Assembly: GCA_902515155.1 (NCBI GenBank) | Contig: CABXTT010000004.1 | Span: 1 to 60,531, forward strand | Direction of reading: 5' to 3' | DNA length: 60,531 bases | From: an uncultured SAR86 cluster bacterium | GTDB taxonomy: Bacteria; Pseudomonadota; Gammaproteobacteria; Magnimaribacterales; D2472 | In this document: one piece after another, positions 9,938 through 20,121 of the stretch | How positions within the stretch are numbered: position 1 is the first letter of the stretch | Layout: every line of letters starts with the position of its first letter | Made by a program: the position numbers and the translations under genes | Notes under the pieces: generated by a model | Told to the model about the DNA's origin: nothing | Database searches by the model: none | What the model saw: only the letters and a program-made list of their open reading frames with translations

Positions 9938-10564
9938 ATGAAAAAAAGAAATCTGATTCTAGTAAGACATGGTCAAAGTGAATGGAATGCCAAAAATTTA
10001 TTTACTGGATGGAAAGATCCAGGCCTAACTGAAACAGGTTTAGAAGAGGCTAAAAATGCTGGTTTATTAATTGGATCTCAAGATATTTCATTTGATATTA
10101 TGTACACATCAGCCCTTTCTAGGGCTCAAAGAACTGGCCAAATAATCTTAGAGACTATCAATCAAAGAAATATTGTAATCATCAAAGATGAGGCTTTGAA
10201 TGAGAGAAATTATGGAAGTCTTGCCGGTTTAAATAAAGACGATGCAAGGAAAAAATGGGGAGAAGAACAAGTACATATCTGGAGAAGGTCTTTTGATATT
10301 CCACCTCCTGATGGTGAGAGTTTAAAAAATACAGCGGAAAGAGTTCTTCCCTATTTCAAAAAAGAAATTATGCCAAAAGTAATAAAAGGCTCGAATATTT
10401 TAATTGCCGCTCATGGCAATTCTCTAAGGGCTTTGATAATGGAGTTAGATAACATCTCATCAGAGGATATTGTGAAGCTTGAAATTCCTACCGGTGCTCC
10501 AATTCAATATGAATTTGATGAGCATAATAATATCTTAAATAAGAGTAATTTATATGAAGAGTAA
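9938..10564 (+). CDS. gpmA: 2,3-bisphosphoglycerate-dependent phosphoglycerate mutase (short form)
   Basis: [32 protein letters not shown] and [10 protein letters not shown]. Confidence 0.95.
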   Translation: MKKRNLILVRHGQSEWNAKNLFTGWKDPGLTETGLEEAKNAGLLIGSQDISFDIMYTSALSRAQRTGQIILETINQRNIVIIKDEALNERNYGSLAGLNKDDARKKWGEEQVHIWRRSFDIPPPDGESLKNTAERVLPYFKKEIMPKVIKGSNILIAAHGNSLRALIMELDNISSEDIVKLEIPTGAPIQYEFDEHNNILNKSNLYEE

Positions 10565-11570
10565 TCAATCTTCTTTCTCATCAAATATAACAGCATGGTA
10601 TAAAAGTAATGGAAGAGAGGCTCTCCCATGGAGAAAAAATATAACACCTTATAGAGTGTGGATCTCTGAAATCATGTTACAGCAGACCCAAGTAAAGACT
10701 GTGATACCTTTTTTTAATATATTTATTAAAAAATACCCTAATTTAAAATCATTATCAAATGCCTCAGAAGAAAACATATTGGCACTATGGACTGGTCTTG
10801 GTTTTTACAGAAGGGCTAAAAATATATATAAAACAAAAGAATTAATTAAGAATGACTTTAATAATATATTTCCAAAAAAATTTGATGGAATAATATCCTT
10901 ACCAGGAATTGGGAAGTCTACTGCAGGAGCAATAATGTCCATTGCTTACAAGAAGCCATATCCAATTTTAGATGCTAATGTAAAAAGAGTTATATCAAGA
11001 TATAAAATGGTAGAAAATAATTCTTCAGCATCTTCAATAAAAGAATTGTGGAACATATCAAAAGATTTGACACCTAAAAATAACATCTTTGAATACACAC
11101 AGGGAATAATGGATCTTGGCGCAACTGTTTGTAATATTCATAGTGCTAAATGTGATCAGTGTCCGCTCAATTTATCTTGTAAGAGTGCATTTGATATTGC
11201 TGATCCAAGAAAACGAATTGATAAAAAGATAAAACCAAAAAAGAGGATACATTTTATTCTTGCCTATTCTCAAGATCATGTTTTATTGTTTAAAAAAAAC
11301 GAGAAGACATTCTGGGAAAGTTTATGGACTCCTCTTGAGATACAAGCAAAAAAAGATTCATGCCTTTTGAGAAAAAGGATTTTAAAGAACGAGACCATAA
11401 ACAAAAAACATAAGTTATCTCATATTGATCTTGATATAAGAGTAGATATTTCTGAATACGAGGACACTTTTAATCTAAAAACAAATTTAGAATATAGGTG
11501 GATAAATAAAGCTGATATAGATATGTTTGGAATGCCTAAGCCTATTAAGTCTATAATACAAACATTATGA
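10554..11570 (+). CDS. mutY: A/G-specific adenine glycosylase
   Basis: [27 protein letters not shown] and CX6CX2CX5C FeS motif. Confidence 0.95.
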   Translation: MKSNQSSFSSNITAWYKSNGREALPWRKNITPYRVWISEIMLQQTQVKTVIPFFNIFIKKYPNLKSLSNASEENILALWTGLGFYRRAKNIYKTKELIKNDFNNIFPKKFDGIISLPGIGKSTAGAIMSIAYKKPYPILDANVKRVISRYKMVENNSSASSIKELWNISKDLTPKNNIFEYTQGIMDLGATVCNIHSAKCDQCPLNLSCKSAFDIADPRKRIDKKIKPKKRIHFILAYSQDHVLLFKKNEKTFWESLWTPLEIQAKKDSCLLRKRILKNETINKKHKLSHIDLDIRVDISEYEDTFNLKTNLEYRWINKADIDMFGMPKPIKSIIQTL

Positions 11571-11836
11571 GTAAAAAAGTCTTCTGTAAAAAATTTCAAA
11601 AAGAAATGCCAGCTCTAAGTATGCCCCCAATGCCAGGGCCAAAAGGTCAAGAAGTTTTAGAAAATGTCTCGCAAGAAGCATGGGAATTATGGAAATCTCA
11701 TCAAACCACTCTAATAAATGAAAAACATCTAGATATGTCTGATCCAGAAAATAGGCTTTGGTTAATAGATCAGATGGATAAGTTTTTTTGTAATGAAGAT
11801 TATGAAAAAGCATCTGGTTTTAAAGCACTAGATTAA
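11567..11836 (+). CDS. yggX: Fe(II)-trafficking / oxidative damage protection protein
   Basis: VFCKKF and SQEAWELWKSHQTTLINE; follows mutY. Confidence 0.93.
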   Translation: MSKKVFCKKFQKEMPALSMPPMPGPKGQEVLENVSQEAWELWKSHQTTLINEKHLDMSDPENRLWLIDQMDKFFCNEDYEKASGFKALD

Positions 11837-11988
11837 ATGTTTTATGCCTACTTTTCACTCCCTATTTTTTAAAATAATCGAGTAAATTTCCAATAAAAAT
11901 TTATTTAATTCATTAAGAAATAATCGATGGACAGTTATATTCACAGAGTTTATATTGTAGATATTCTTGATAACTAAAATGGGTGGCT

Positions 11989-14586
11989 ATGAAATCTTCT
12001 AAATTTCCAACTGATGCAGAGGTTGTAATTGTTGGAGTTGGTGGCATTGTTGGATCAATGCTCGCATACTGGCTCACAGAATTAGGCCAAAAAAATATAG
12101 TGGGTTTGGAAAAATCTACCATAATTCCATCAGATATAGCATCCACAGCTCATGCTTCAGATTTTGTATACAATACAACGCATGACAAGCTGGGTTGTTG
12201 GGCTACAAATTTTAGTAGAAAATTTTACGAAGATAACGGCTTCTTTTTAAAAAAAGGTGGTTTAGAAATTTGCAGAATCGATGATGATGCTAGATGGGAA
12301 GAACTTAAAAGAAAAGTTGAATCAGGAAAAGCTTTCGGAACTAACGTTAGATTAATTTCTGCATCTGAGGCTAAAGAAAAATTTCCACTTTTAGATGAAG
12401 ACTCTATTCGAGGTGCTATGTGGGATCCAGATGCTGGTTTAGTTACTCCGCGTTCACAAGATGTAGTTAATTTTGCAGTTGAATATGCTAAAGAAAAAGG
12501 CGCGTTATCCACATATACCGACACGCCAGCTGAAGGATTCGAAATGGAGAATGGTCATATTACTGGCGTTAAGACTGATAAAGGAACCATTAAAACTAAA
12601 AAAGTTGTAATCGCATCAGGAATATGGGGCCCATTGATGGGAGAAATGGCAGGTGTTCCTATTCCACTAATGCCAGTTGAGCATCCTTTATTATTTTTTG
12701 GGCCTTTGCCTGAAATACAAGGAACAGAAGAATTGTTGGTATATCCTTTACTTCGTGATCAAGGTAATTCTGCTTATGTTAGAGATACCGGTAGACTTCA
12801 CGGAGGAATGCTTGAATGGGGATATTATGAAGATAAAGAGCCTCGTTTAGTAGACCCAGAAGATATTGGCAATCCTACGAAAACAATGACATCTGATTCA
12901 ATGAGATACTTAAGTCTTGAAGAAATTGCAGAGCCACTAGAAAAGGCATTTGAAACAACACCTATTCTTGCTGAACTAGGCTGGGATGAGAAGAGTTCAT
13001 TTAATGGTCTTTTATCTGTCACCCCTGATGCTGGTTCTTTAATCGGTGAAAGTCCTGAAGTTAGAGGTTTTTGGTTGTGCGAAGCGGTGTGGGTTAAGGA
13101 TGGTCCTGGATGTGCAAGATTATGTGCTGAAGCGATGATTAATGGTAAAACCCAAGTTGATATGCATTCATTCAATATCGACAGATTTTACCCTGCACAA
13201 AAAGAAAAAGATTTTGTAAAAACACGATCCTTTGAAAATGCTCAAACTATATACACCCCTGCTGTTCATCCAAGAGAACCGTATATTAGTAATAGAGAGT
13301 TATATGTCAGTCCTTTTTTTGAAAGAGAAAAAGAGCTTGGCGGTTATTTTGATAATGAAGTTGCTGGCTGGGAACGCTCTTTAGCTTACGAAAGCAATCG
13401 TGAAAAACTTGGCACTTATTTAAAAGATATTCCGGTAAGAGAAAATGAATGGGACCATCGACATGTTCCATATGAAGTAGCAAATGCAGAACATCTTGCA
13501 ATGAGTGATTCAGTAGGAATGATTAATTTATCTCACTTCCCAATCATGGATATTGAAGGCCCAGATGCAGAGCAAATGATGGAATATCTATCTGTAGCTA
13601 AGGTTGGAGGAAATACTCCAGAAGGTCGGGTGATTTATACTAATTTTTTAGATGAAGATGGAGGAGTTCATGCAGATCTTACAATCTCTCGTTTAGGTAA
13701 GGAACGTTATCGAGTTGTTACTGGAGGTGCTGATGGCAACCGTGATTGGGTAACACTGAGAAATCATCGAGATGATATGGGTCTCAATGCAGACATAAAT
13801 ATTAGAACTCATGATATCGCTACTCTTGGATTATGGGGTCCTGAAGCAAAAAAAGCTTTAGGTAACTTTATTGATCCTAATGAAATTAGTATTGAGAATT
13901 TTCCTTTTGTAACAGCAAAAAATCTAACACTTAATTTATCTGGTGGAAAGAAAATTGATGTTTGGGCGGCACGTATTTCTTATGTTGGCGAGAGTGGATG
14001 GGAAATTTATTTAAACAATGATAAAGAAGATGGTTTAGCACTTTATGATTCTCTTCTTGAGGTTGGAGTTGTTCCAGTTGGTATAGAGACATATGCTAAT
14101 AGTAGGCGCCTAGAAAAAAGCTTTCGATTACAGGGTGCTGAATTGGAGACTGATTATAATTCTTGTGAATCAGCAATCCAAAGAGGGTTAGTAAAAGAAG
14201 CAGATTTTCACGGTAAGGCAGCACATCTTTCTCACAGAGAAGAAGATCCATGTGCAATCCTATGTACAATGACGTTAGATGATCTAAATGTATCTGGAAA
14301 AGGTTCGAGATACCCTGTTGGTATATCGCCAATTATTGATCCTGCAACTGGGGAAGTCCCTATAGACACCAAGGGTAGAAGGTCCTACACCACTGCTATG
14401 TCGTATTGTCCATCAATAAAAAAACATGTTGTTATGGGTTATTTACCTAAGAATATAGCCATACCAGGAAAGCAGCTATTGATTTCATACTTTAATGAAG
14501 ATGGGGATGGACTATATCCTATGACTGTTAAAATAGTTGGTAAAGGTTCTTTATATGACCCTTCAAACGAAAGGGTTCGTTCTTAA
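11989..14586 (+). CDS. GcvT-family FAD oxidoreductase/aminomethyltransferase fusion (dimethylglycine/sarcosine dehydrogenase- or oxidase-like)
   Basis: N-terminal dinucleotide motif GVGGIVG, STAHA (His matching the covalent-FAD site of DMG oxidase), SVTPD, and a C-terminal folate domain with RISYVGESGWEIY, RLEKSFR and YDPSNERVRS. Confidence 0.88.
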   Translation: MKSSKFPTDAEVVIVGVGGIVGSMLAYWLTELGQKNIVGLEKSTIIPSDIASTAHASDFVYNTTHDKLGCWATNFSRKFYEDNGFFLKKGGLEICRIDDDARWEELKRKVESGKAFGTNVRLISASEAKEKFPLLDEDSIRGAMWDPDAGLVTPRSQDVVNFAVEYAKEKGALSTYTDTPAEGFEMENGHITGVKTDKGTIKTKKVVIASGIWGPLMGEMAGVPIPLMPVEHPLLFFGPLPEIQGTEELLVYPLLRDQGNSAYVRDTGRLHGGMLEWGYYEDKEPRLVDPEDIGNPTKTMTSDSMRYLSLEEIAEPLEKAFETTPILAELGWDEKSSFNGLLSVTPDAGSLIGESPEVRGFWLCEAVWVKDGPGCARLCAEAMINGKTQVDMHSFNIDRFYPAQKEKDFVKTRSFENAQTIYTPAVHPREPYISNRELYVSPFFEREKELGGYFDNEVAGWERSLAYESNREKLGTYLKDIPVRENEWDHRHVPYEVANAEHLAMSDSVGMINLSHFPIMDIEGPDAEQMMEYLSVAKVGGNTPEGRVIYTNFLDEDGGVHADLTISRLGKERYRVVTGGADGNRDWVTLRNHRDDMGLNADINIRTHDIATLGLWGPEAKKALGNFIDPNEISIENFPFVTAKNLTLNLSGGKKIDVWAARISYVGESGWEIYLNNDKEDGLALYDSLLEVGVVPVGIETYANSRRLEKSFRLQGAELETDYNSCESAIQRGLVKEADFHGKAAHLSHREEDPCAILCTMTLDDLNVSGKGSRYPVGISPIIDPATGEVPIDTKGRRSYTTAMSYCPSIKKHVVMGYLPKNIAIPGKQLLISYFNEDGDGLYPMTVKIVGKGSLYDPSNERVRS

Positions 14587-14608
14587 TTAATTACAGTTAT
14601 TAATCTTA

Positions 14609-14637
14609 ATGACATTGGCAAGAATCTTTTCTATAAT
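14609..14637 (+). promoter_or_regulatory. Sigma70 promoter of tRNA-Phe
   Basis: ATGACA-N17-TATAAT ending 15 nt before the tRNA. Confidence 0.7.
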
Positions 14638-14652
14638 CCAACTTCAATTACA

Positions 14653-14728
14653 GGCCTGATAGCTCAGTCGGTAGAGCAAAGGATTGAAAATCCTTGTGTC
14701 GGTGGTTCGATTCCACCTCAGGCCACCA
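14653..14728 (+). tRNA. tRNA-Phe (GAA)
   Basis: GGCCTGA/TCAGGCC acceptor stem, AGCTCAGTCGGTAGAGC D arm, AAGGA-TTGAAAA-TCCTT anticodon arm, GGTTCGATTCC T arm and encoded CCA. Confidence 0.98.
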
Positions 14729-14794
14729 TTTAATAAAATCTTTTTCTTTTTTCTTTTTGGCATATAGAATAAGGTATAAACTTAAACCAAAAAT

Positions 14795-15277
14795 ATGGCA
14801 TCTTTTGATATTAAATCTGAAATCAATACACATGAATTAACCAATGCTGTTGATCAAGCAAATAGAGTTTTGAAATCTAGATTCGATTTTAAAGGAACAG
14901 GTGCAGAATTTACTCTTACAGATAATCAAATTTTACTTTTTACTAAAGAAGACTTTCAAATTAAACAAATGGAGCCAGTGCTTCATGAGTCTTTATCAAA
15001 AAGAGGTATAGACTTAAAGACTCTAAAACCTGGGGCATTAGAAGTATCTAATGGGTCTGCTCGTCAAGAAATAAATCTGCAAGAAGGAATTGATAGAGAG
15101 TTAGGTAAAAAAATTACTACTCTAGTAAAACAGTCTAAAGTAAAAGTTCAAGCTTCAATTCAAGGCGAAAGTATTCGTATTAACGGAAAGAAGAGAGATG
15201 ATCTTCAACAGATCATGCAAATAATTAAAGATCAAAAATATGATCTTCCTCTCCAATTTAATAATTTTAGGGACTAA
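14795..15277 (+). CDS. yajQ: YajQ nucleotide/c-di-GMP-binding protein
   Basis: MASFDIKSE, NAVDQA, RFDFKG, GKKRDDLQ and LPLQFNNFRD. Confidence 0.95.
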   Translation: MASFDIKSEINTHELTNAVDQANRVLKSRFDFKGTGAEFTLTDNQILLFTKEDFQIKQMEPVLHESLSKRGIDLKTLKPGALEVSNGSARQEINLQEGIDRELGKKITTLVKQSKVKVQASIQGESIRINGKKRDDLQQIMQIIKDQKYDLPLQFNNFRD

Positions 15278-15284
15278 ATAAATA

Positions 15285-16265
15285 ATGATATCTCAGCATC
15301 AAAAACCATTAATGTCCGGATTTGGGGCAAAAACAGAACCTTCTGAAATTCTAGAAAATATAAACCTTGCTGATAAAACTGTAATTATTACCGGAGGTTA
15401 TTCTGGTATAGGGCTTGAAACAACAAAAGCCATTAAGGCAAATGGAGCTAGAGTCCTTATTCCTGCAAAAAGGTTAGATGTTGCTACCAAAGAATTATCA
15501 GGCATCATTCCAAGAGAAGATATTTTTGAGATGGATTTAGCAGATCTGAGCTCAGTAAAAAGCTTTACAGATTCGTTTAATAGTGCAAACAATACGCTTG
15601 ATATCTTAATTAATAATGCTGGGATAATGGCATGCCCTGAAACTAGAGTTTATAAAAATTGGGAAAGTCAGTTTGCTGTAAATCAAATTGGTCATTTTGT
15701 ACTTACTAAAGAATTAATGAATTCGATGAAAAATGCAAAGAAATCTCGATTAGTTAGTTTGTCATCATCAGCACATCAAATTTCTGCAATAAGATGGGAT
15801 GATGTACATTTTAATAATGCTCCTTATGAAAAATGGGCTGCATACGGTCAATCTAAAACAGCATCCTCTTTATTAGCTATTGAATTTGATAGTCAGATGA
15901 AAGAATTTGGAGGAAGAGGTTTTTCTGTGCATCCTGGTGGTATTCTTACTCCATTGCAACGACATTTAGCAAATGAAGAAATGGTTGCTCTAGGTTGGAA
16001 AAAAGAAGATGGAACTTTATCAGATATGGCAGCTAAATTTTTTAAATCACCCTCTCAAGGCTCTTCAACAACATTATGGTGTGCAACTAGCTCAATGCTT
16101 GAAAATATGGGTGGTGTTTTTTGTGAAAATTGTGATGTCGCTGAAAGAAAAGTGAATCTTGATGAATCAATGACTAGATTTTTTGGAGTTGCTGATTGGG
16201 CAGTCGACTCTGATGACGCTAGAAAGCTATGGGTTGAAACTGAAAAAATGATTAAAAATAACTAA
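15285..16265 (+). CDS. Short-chain dehydrogenase/reductase (retinol dehydrogenase/WWOX-like)
   Basis: TGGYSGIG, NNAGIMA, YGQSK and VHPGGI. Confidence 0.9.
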   Translation: MISQHQKPLMSGFGAKTEPSEILENINLADKTVIITGGYSGIGLETTKAIKANGARVLIPAKRLDVATKELSGIIPREDIFEMDLADLSSVKSFTDSFNSANNTLDILINNAGIMACPETRVYKNWESQFAVNQIGHFVLTKELMNSMKNAKKSRLVSLSSSAHQISAIRWDDVHFNNAPYEKWAAYGQSKTASSLLAIEFDSQMKEFGGRGFSVHPGGILTPLQRHLANEEMVALGWKKEDGTLSDMAAKFFKSPSQGSSTTLWCATSSMLENMGGVFCENCDVAERKVNLDESMTRFFGVADWAVDSDDARKLWVETEKMIKNN

Positions 16266-16344
16266 TCAACCAAAATACCTTATATATCTATTCAACTCCT
16301 AATTCTGATTTTAACTAGCTAATAATTAATGGCATAATTTACAT

Positions 16345-17604
16345 ATGAATTTCTTTCAAAATATGATTTCTTCTATTACGAAGCGAGCTCAAAAGTTTAA
16401 TACTTTTGGATCGAAGACCTTTGGAACCCTGCATAAAGATATAAATAAAGCTACAGAGTTAGTAATGTCAACTTCAGGAGAAGTTTCAACTCTCGTTTAT
16501 GCTGATCATTTGCTAAATTTAATAGAAGATCTATCAAATGAGAAACTCGAAAAATTCTTAATATTCCTATCAAAAAATTACGATATTGATACTAACAATC
16601 TTATTAAAAATGTAGAAATTTATTCATTGGATAAAAATGAGAGGAATTTAAAAAATATCAGCGAGACCTCAGAGCCTAAATGGATTGAATTGTTTAGACG
16701 ACTGAATGCTTCATCAAATGGAACCTCAAAACTTGTTACACTTAGAGAGCGAATAAGATCACTTAATAATCCTGAATTAAAACCTTTTGATGCTGGGCTT
16801 TTGAGGTTATTTAAATACTGGTTTAACCCTTCTTTCTTAGTTCTAGAAAAAATAGATTGGACAACACCTGCAAATATACTAGAAAAAATTATTGCCTATG
16901 AGGCTGTTCATGAAATAAATTCCTGGGACGATCTAAGAGCAAGATTAGCTCCAAATGATCGACAATGTTTTGCTTTCTTTCATCCTTTAATCCCAGATGA
17001 TCCATTAATTTTCGTAGAAGTTGCTTTATGTGAAGAGGTTCCGGAGTCGATAGAAAGTATTATAAAAATAGAAAGAAATGAAATAAATGCTGAAAATGCA
17101 AATGTAGGTATATTCTATTCAATCTCAAATTGTCAAAATGGCTTACTAGGTATATCTTTTGGGAATTTCCTTATTAAAAGAGTTGCAAAAAAATTAAAGC
17201 AAGAGCTTCCAGACTTAAACCAATTTCTTACTTTGTCTCCGATTCCTGGCCTTATGACATGGCTTGAAAAAAATGCACCTCTTACTCATGAACAATGTAT
17301 AGATGGCTCATGTACAGATGAAGATTTTTTAAAACAAGCTGTAACTTATTTGACAGAGTCAACAAGAGAAGATGGTCTTCCGAATGATCCAGTTGGAAGA
17401 TTTCATCTTGGTAATGGAGCAATACTAGACAGAATAAATTTAAATGCAGATAAATCAACAAAAGGAATGATGCAGTCTAATGGTTTAATGGCAAACTATT
17501 TATATGATTTAGAGGTTGTGGAAGAGAACCATGAATTGTTTTTCAAAACAAAAAGTGTACAAATTTCCAAAGATATAAAGTCTTTAAAAAATAGACTATC
17601 TTAA
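16345..17604 (+). CDS. Malonyl-CoA decarboxylase
   Basis: LEKIIAYEAVHEI, FAFFHP, PLIFVEVAL, FYSISNCQ, ISFGNFLIK, TLSPIPG and DPVGRFHLGNGA. Confidence 0.93.
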   Translation: MNFFQNMISSITKRAQKFNTFGSKTFGTLHKDINKATELVMSTSGEVSTLVYADHLLNLIEDLSNEKLEKFLIFLSKNYDIDTNNLIKNVEIYSLDKNERNLKNISETSEPKWIELFRRLNASSNGTSKLVTLRERIRSLNNPELKPFDAGLLRLFKYWFNPSFLVLEKIDWTTPANILEKIIAYEAVHEINSWDDLRARLAPNDRQCFAFFHPLIPDDPLIFVEVALCEEVPESIESIIKIERNEINAENANVGIFYSISNCQNGLLGISFGNFLIKRVAKKLKQELPDLNQFLTLSPIPGLMTWLEKNAPLTHEQCIDGSCTDEDFLKQAVTYLTESTREDGLPNDPVGRFHLGNGAILDRINLNADKSTKGMMQSNGLMANYLYDLEVVEENHELFFKTKSVQISKDIKSLKNRLS

Positions 17605-17612
17605 TATAGATA

Positions 17613-18575
17613 ATGAAAGATCGATTATCTTTATATCCTCCAATTGAGCCCTATGATTATGATTTTTTAGAAGCAGATAATCATCAGATATATTATGAGC
17701 AATGTGGTAATCCAGATGGTAAGCCTGCTGTATTTTTACACGGTGGTCCAGGTGGTGGTGGTAGCAAGATAGTTAGACAATTTTTTAATCCAGAAGCCTA
17801 CAGAATTATTATTTTTGATCAAAGAGGTTGTGGCAGAAGCAAACCTCACGGATGCCTTGAAAAAAATACAACATGGGATTTGGTTGAAGATATTGAAAAT
17901 CTTAAGAAAAAACTTGGTATTAAACAATGGCTAGTTTTTGGTGGTTCATGGGGAAGTACATTGTCCCTTGCCTATTCTCAAACATATCCTGATTCAGTCA
18001 GTGAGATGGTACTGAGAGGAATCTTCATGCTTAGAGAAAAGGAGTTGAAATGGTTTTATCAATACGGTGCGAGTAATGTCTTCCCGGAAGCATGGCAATA
18101 TTTTCTTGAACCAATAGATGAAGAAGATAGACATAATCTTATATCTGCATATCACAAAATATTTCTTGGTGATGATGAAGAAAAAAAATTAAATGCAGCT
18201 ATAGCATGGTCTAAGTGGGAAGGCTCTACTAGCAGTTTAAGTTATAGGCCTGAAATGGCAGAAAGTTTTTCTGAACCTAAATTTGCGCTTGCATTTGCAC
18301 TTATAGAAAACCATTATTTTATAAATAAAGGGTTCTTAGAGGAAGAAAATCAATTAATTGAGAAAGGCATAGATATTATCAGATCTATACCTACAGTGAT
18401 TGTTCAAGGAAGGTATGACATGGTTTGCCCTATGACCACTGCATGGGAATTGTCTCAAAATTGGCCTGAAGCAGAATTAATAATTGCACCCTCCTCTGGC
18501 CATACGGCATTTGAAAAAGAAATTACTCACGAACTTATTAATGCAACTAACAAATTTGGATCAAATAATGACTAG
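17613..18575 (+). CDS. pip: Proline iminopeptidase
   Basis: HGGPGGG, DQRGCGRS, GGSWGSTL and QGRYDMVCP. Confidence 0.95.
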   Translation: MKDRLSLYPPIEPYDYDFLEADNHQIYYEQCGNPDGKPAVFLHGGPGGGGSKIVRQFFNPEAYRIIIFDQRGCGRSKPHGCLEKNTTWDLVEDIENLKKKLGIKQWLVFGGSWGSTLSLAYSQTYPDSVSEMVLRGIFMLREKELKWFYQYGASNVFPEAWQYFLEPIDEEDRHNLISAYHKIFLGDDEEKKLNAAIAWSKWEGSTSSLSYRPEMAESFSEPKFALAFALIENHYFINKGFLEEENQLIEKGIDIIRSIPTVIVQGRYDMVCPMTTAWELSQNWPEAELIIAPSSGHTAFEKEITHELINATNKFGSNND

Positions 18576-19056
18576 TTTTACATTTATTGGTATGGCTGGC
18601 TCAGGTAAATCAACTTTAGGAAGAGCTTTATCCAAGAAAATTAAAGAAAGTTTTGTTGATACAGATATTCTAATTGAAACTAAATTTAAGCAATCTTTAG
18701 AAGAGCTTAAAAATTCGAAGGGATATAAATTTGTTCGCCTGGCTGAAGAAGGTGTTATTTTAAATTTAAAAAATGATGTCTCTATAATCTCAACTGGTGG
18801 CAGTGCAATCTATTCTGAGAAATCTATGAATCACTTAAAAGAATTTTCAAAAATTATATATATTTCGGTTCCACTAAATATTATCAAAAATAGAATTGGA
18901 GGTGGTCAGAAAAGAGGTCTTGCTGTTCCTGAAGGCACTTCAATTGAAGATGCATTTAATGAAAGAAAACCAATGTATGAAAAATGGGCACAAATTACCA
19001 TTGATGGAACTTTATCTGTGGATGAACTTGTTAATCTCATAATTAGTAAAAATTAA
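18568..19056 (+). CDS. Shikimate kinase family protein
   Basis: GMAGSGKSTLG P-loop, DTD and ISTGGS; start reset to MTSF. Confidence 0.85.
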   Translation: MTSFTFIGMAGSGKSTLGRALSKKIKESFVDTDILIETKFKQSLEELKNSKGYKFVRLAEEGVILNLKNDVSIISTGGSAIYSEKSMNHLKEFSKIIYISVPLNIIKNRIGGGQKRGLAVPEGTSIEDAFNERKPMYEKWAQITIDGTLSVDELVNLIISKN

Positions 19057-19731
19057 ATGGAAGAAATAAGAAGCTTAGTTATTGGGGCTACAGGTTTAGT
19101 TGGTGGTGAGATTTTAAAAATTATTAAAGAAAAAGGTGGTGACGTTTCCATGCTTTCAAGAAGCCCTCTAAATAACAAATCAGATGATATTAAAGAATAT
19201 ATATTAAATTTTAATAAAATCGATGAATTTAATATGCCAAAATTCGATCATATCTATATATCAATTGGTACAAGACTTGATACTTCTGAGCTCATATATA
19301 TTAAAGAATCCAAAAGGGAAAAGTTTATAGAAGTTGATTATAGTTTTGTAATTAACTTAGCCAAAAAGGCTTATACTGCTGGTGCTAAATCTATAGCTGT
19401 TGTCTCTGCAATTGGAGCTGATAAAGACTCGAGTAACTTATATCTTCAAACAAAAGGAAAGATGGAGGAAGAAATTAAATTTATTGGCTATGAAACTGTT
19501 GTAATAGCTCAGCCAGGACATCTTTTAGGTAATAGGCCTAATGATAAATTTCGATTTGAGGTTCCACTTATGGAGTTTGGAGCTAAGCTGTTTGAACCCT
19601 TGATGGTTGGACCTCTCAAAAACCTTAGATTTATATCTGCTTCCAAAGTAGGAAAAGCAATGTTTAATTATATGAATTCAAATAAAAAAGGAATATTTAA
19701 ACTCAAATATGAAGAGTTTATGAATAATTAA
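19057..19731 (+). CDS. NAD(P)-binding atypical SDR (YraR/TIP30-like)
   Basis: GATGLVG, VDYSFV, VSAIGAD, YLQTKG and PGHLLG. Confidence 0.85.
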   Translation: MEEIRSLVIGATGLVGGEILKIIKEKGGDVSMLSRSPLNNKSDDIKEYILNFNKIDEFNMPKFDHIYISIGTRLDTSELIYIKESKREKFIEVDYSFVINLAKKAYTAGAKSIAVVSAIGADKDSSNLYLQTKGKMEEEIKFIGYETVVIAQPGHLLGNRPNDKFRFEVPLMEFGAKLFEPLMVGPLKNLRFISASKVGKAMFNYMNSNKKGIFKLKYEEFMNN

Positions 19732-19979
19732 GAAAGCTTTCTATTTGTTCTAAACATTTTTCTCATTGCTAGTGCAGAGTTAAGAAACCAAAAGGCAGAT
19801 GCAAAAAAGAAATAATATAAGCCAGCATTTAATTGAACAATCATTGCCAAAATACTTCCAGTAGCTATTGCAGATAAGCCAAACATTCGCTTTTTATGCT
19901 TCTTTGAGACAATGAGAGGCGCAGCTAATAAAGTACCGAATAAAACACTACTAATCTGGATAATATCAATGATAGTCAT
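19728..19979 (-). CDS. Hypothetical three-TM small membrane protein
   Basis: Three hydrophobic segments separated by basic loops; fills the intergenic space. Confidence 0.65.
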   Translation of the reverse strand: MTIIDIIQISSVLFGTLLAAPLIVSKKHKKRMFGLSAIATGSILAMIVQLNAGLYYFFFASAFWFLNSALAMRKMFRTNRKLS

Positions 19980-20063
19980 ACTGATAAGCATAAGAAATTA
20001 TGCCTATGAGTATAAATATCGAAGCATTATGAATACTTTTTTTATAAAGTAAATAGTAAATTT

Positions 20064-20090
20064 GAACTTTTTATAAAAAAGTTTAGTCTA
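20064..20090 (+). promoter_or_regulatory. Putative ECF sigma (RpoE/AlgU-type) promoter
   Basis: GAACTT-N16-GTCTA upstream of RBS AGGAGA and ATG 20122. Confidence 0.6.
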
Positions 20091-20121
20091 TAAGACTAGA
20101 GATTTTTTTAGGAGAAAAAAT

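Noticed and set aside
11837-11988. Glycine or other riboswitch upstream of the GcvT-family gene
   Set aside because: No GGAGA/CCGAAG/CTCAGG core or GC-rich stems visible
14616-14631. TGGCA as another sigma54 site (also near 14758 and 16330)
   Set aside because: No TTGC at the required GG-N10-GC spacing
14648-14833. 61-aa minus-strand ORF
   Set aside because: Antisense shadow of tRNA-Phe (WWPEVESNHRH is a typical reverse translation of a tRNA)
14729-16344. Possible integrative element at the tRNA-Phe 3' end
   Set aside because: No integrase, no duplicated tRNA 3' end seen, and core yajQ follows directly
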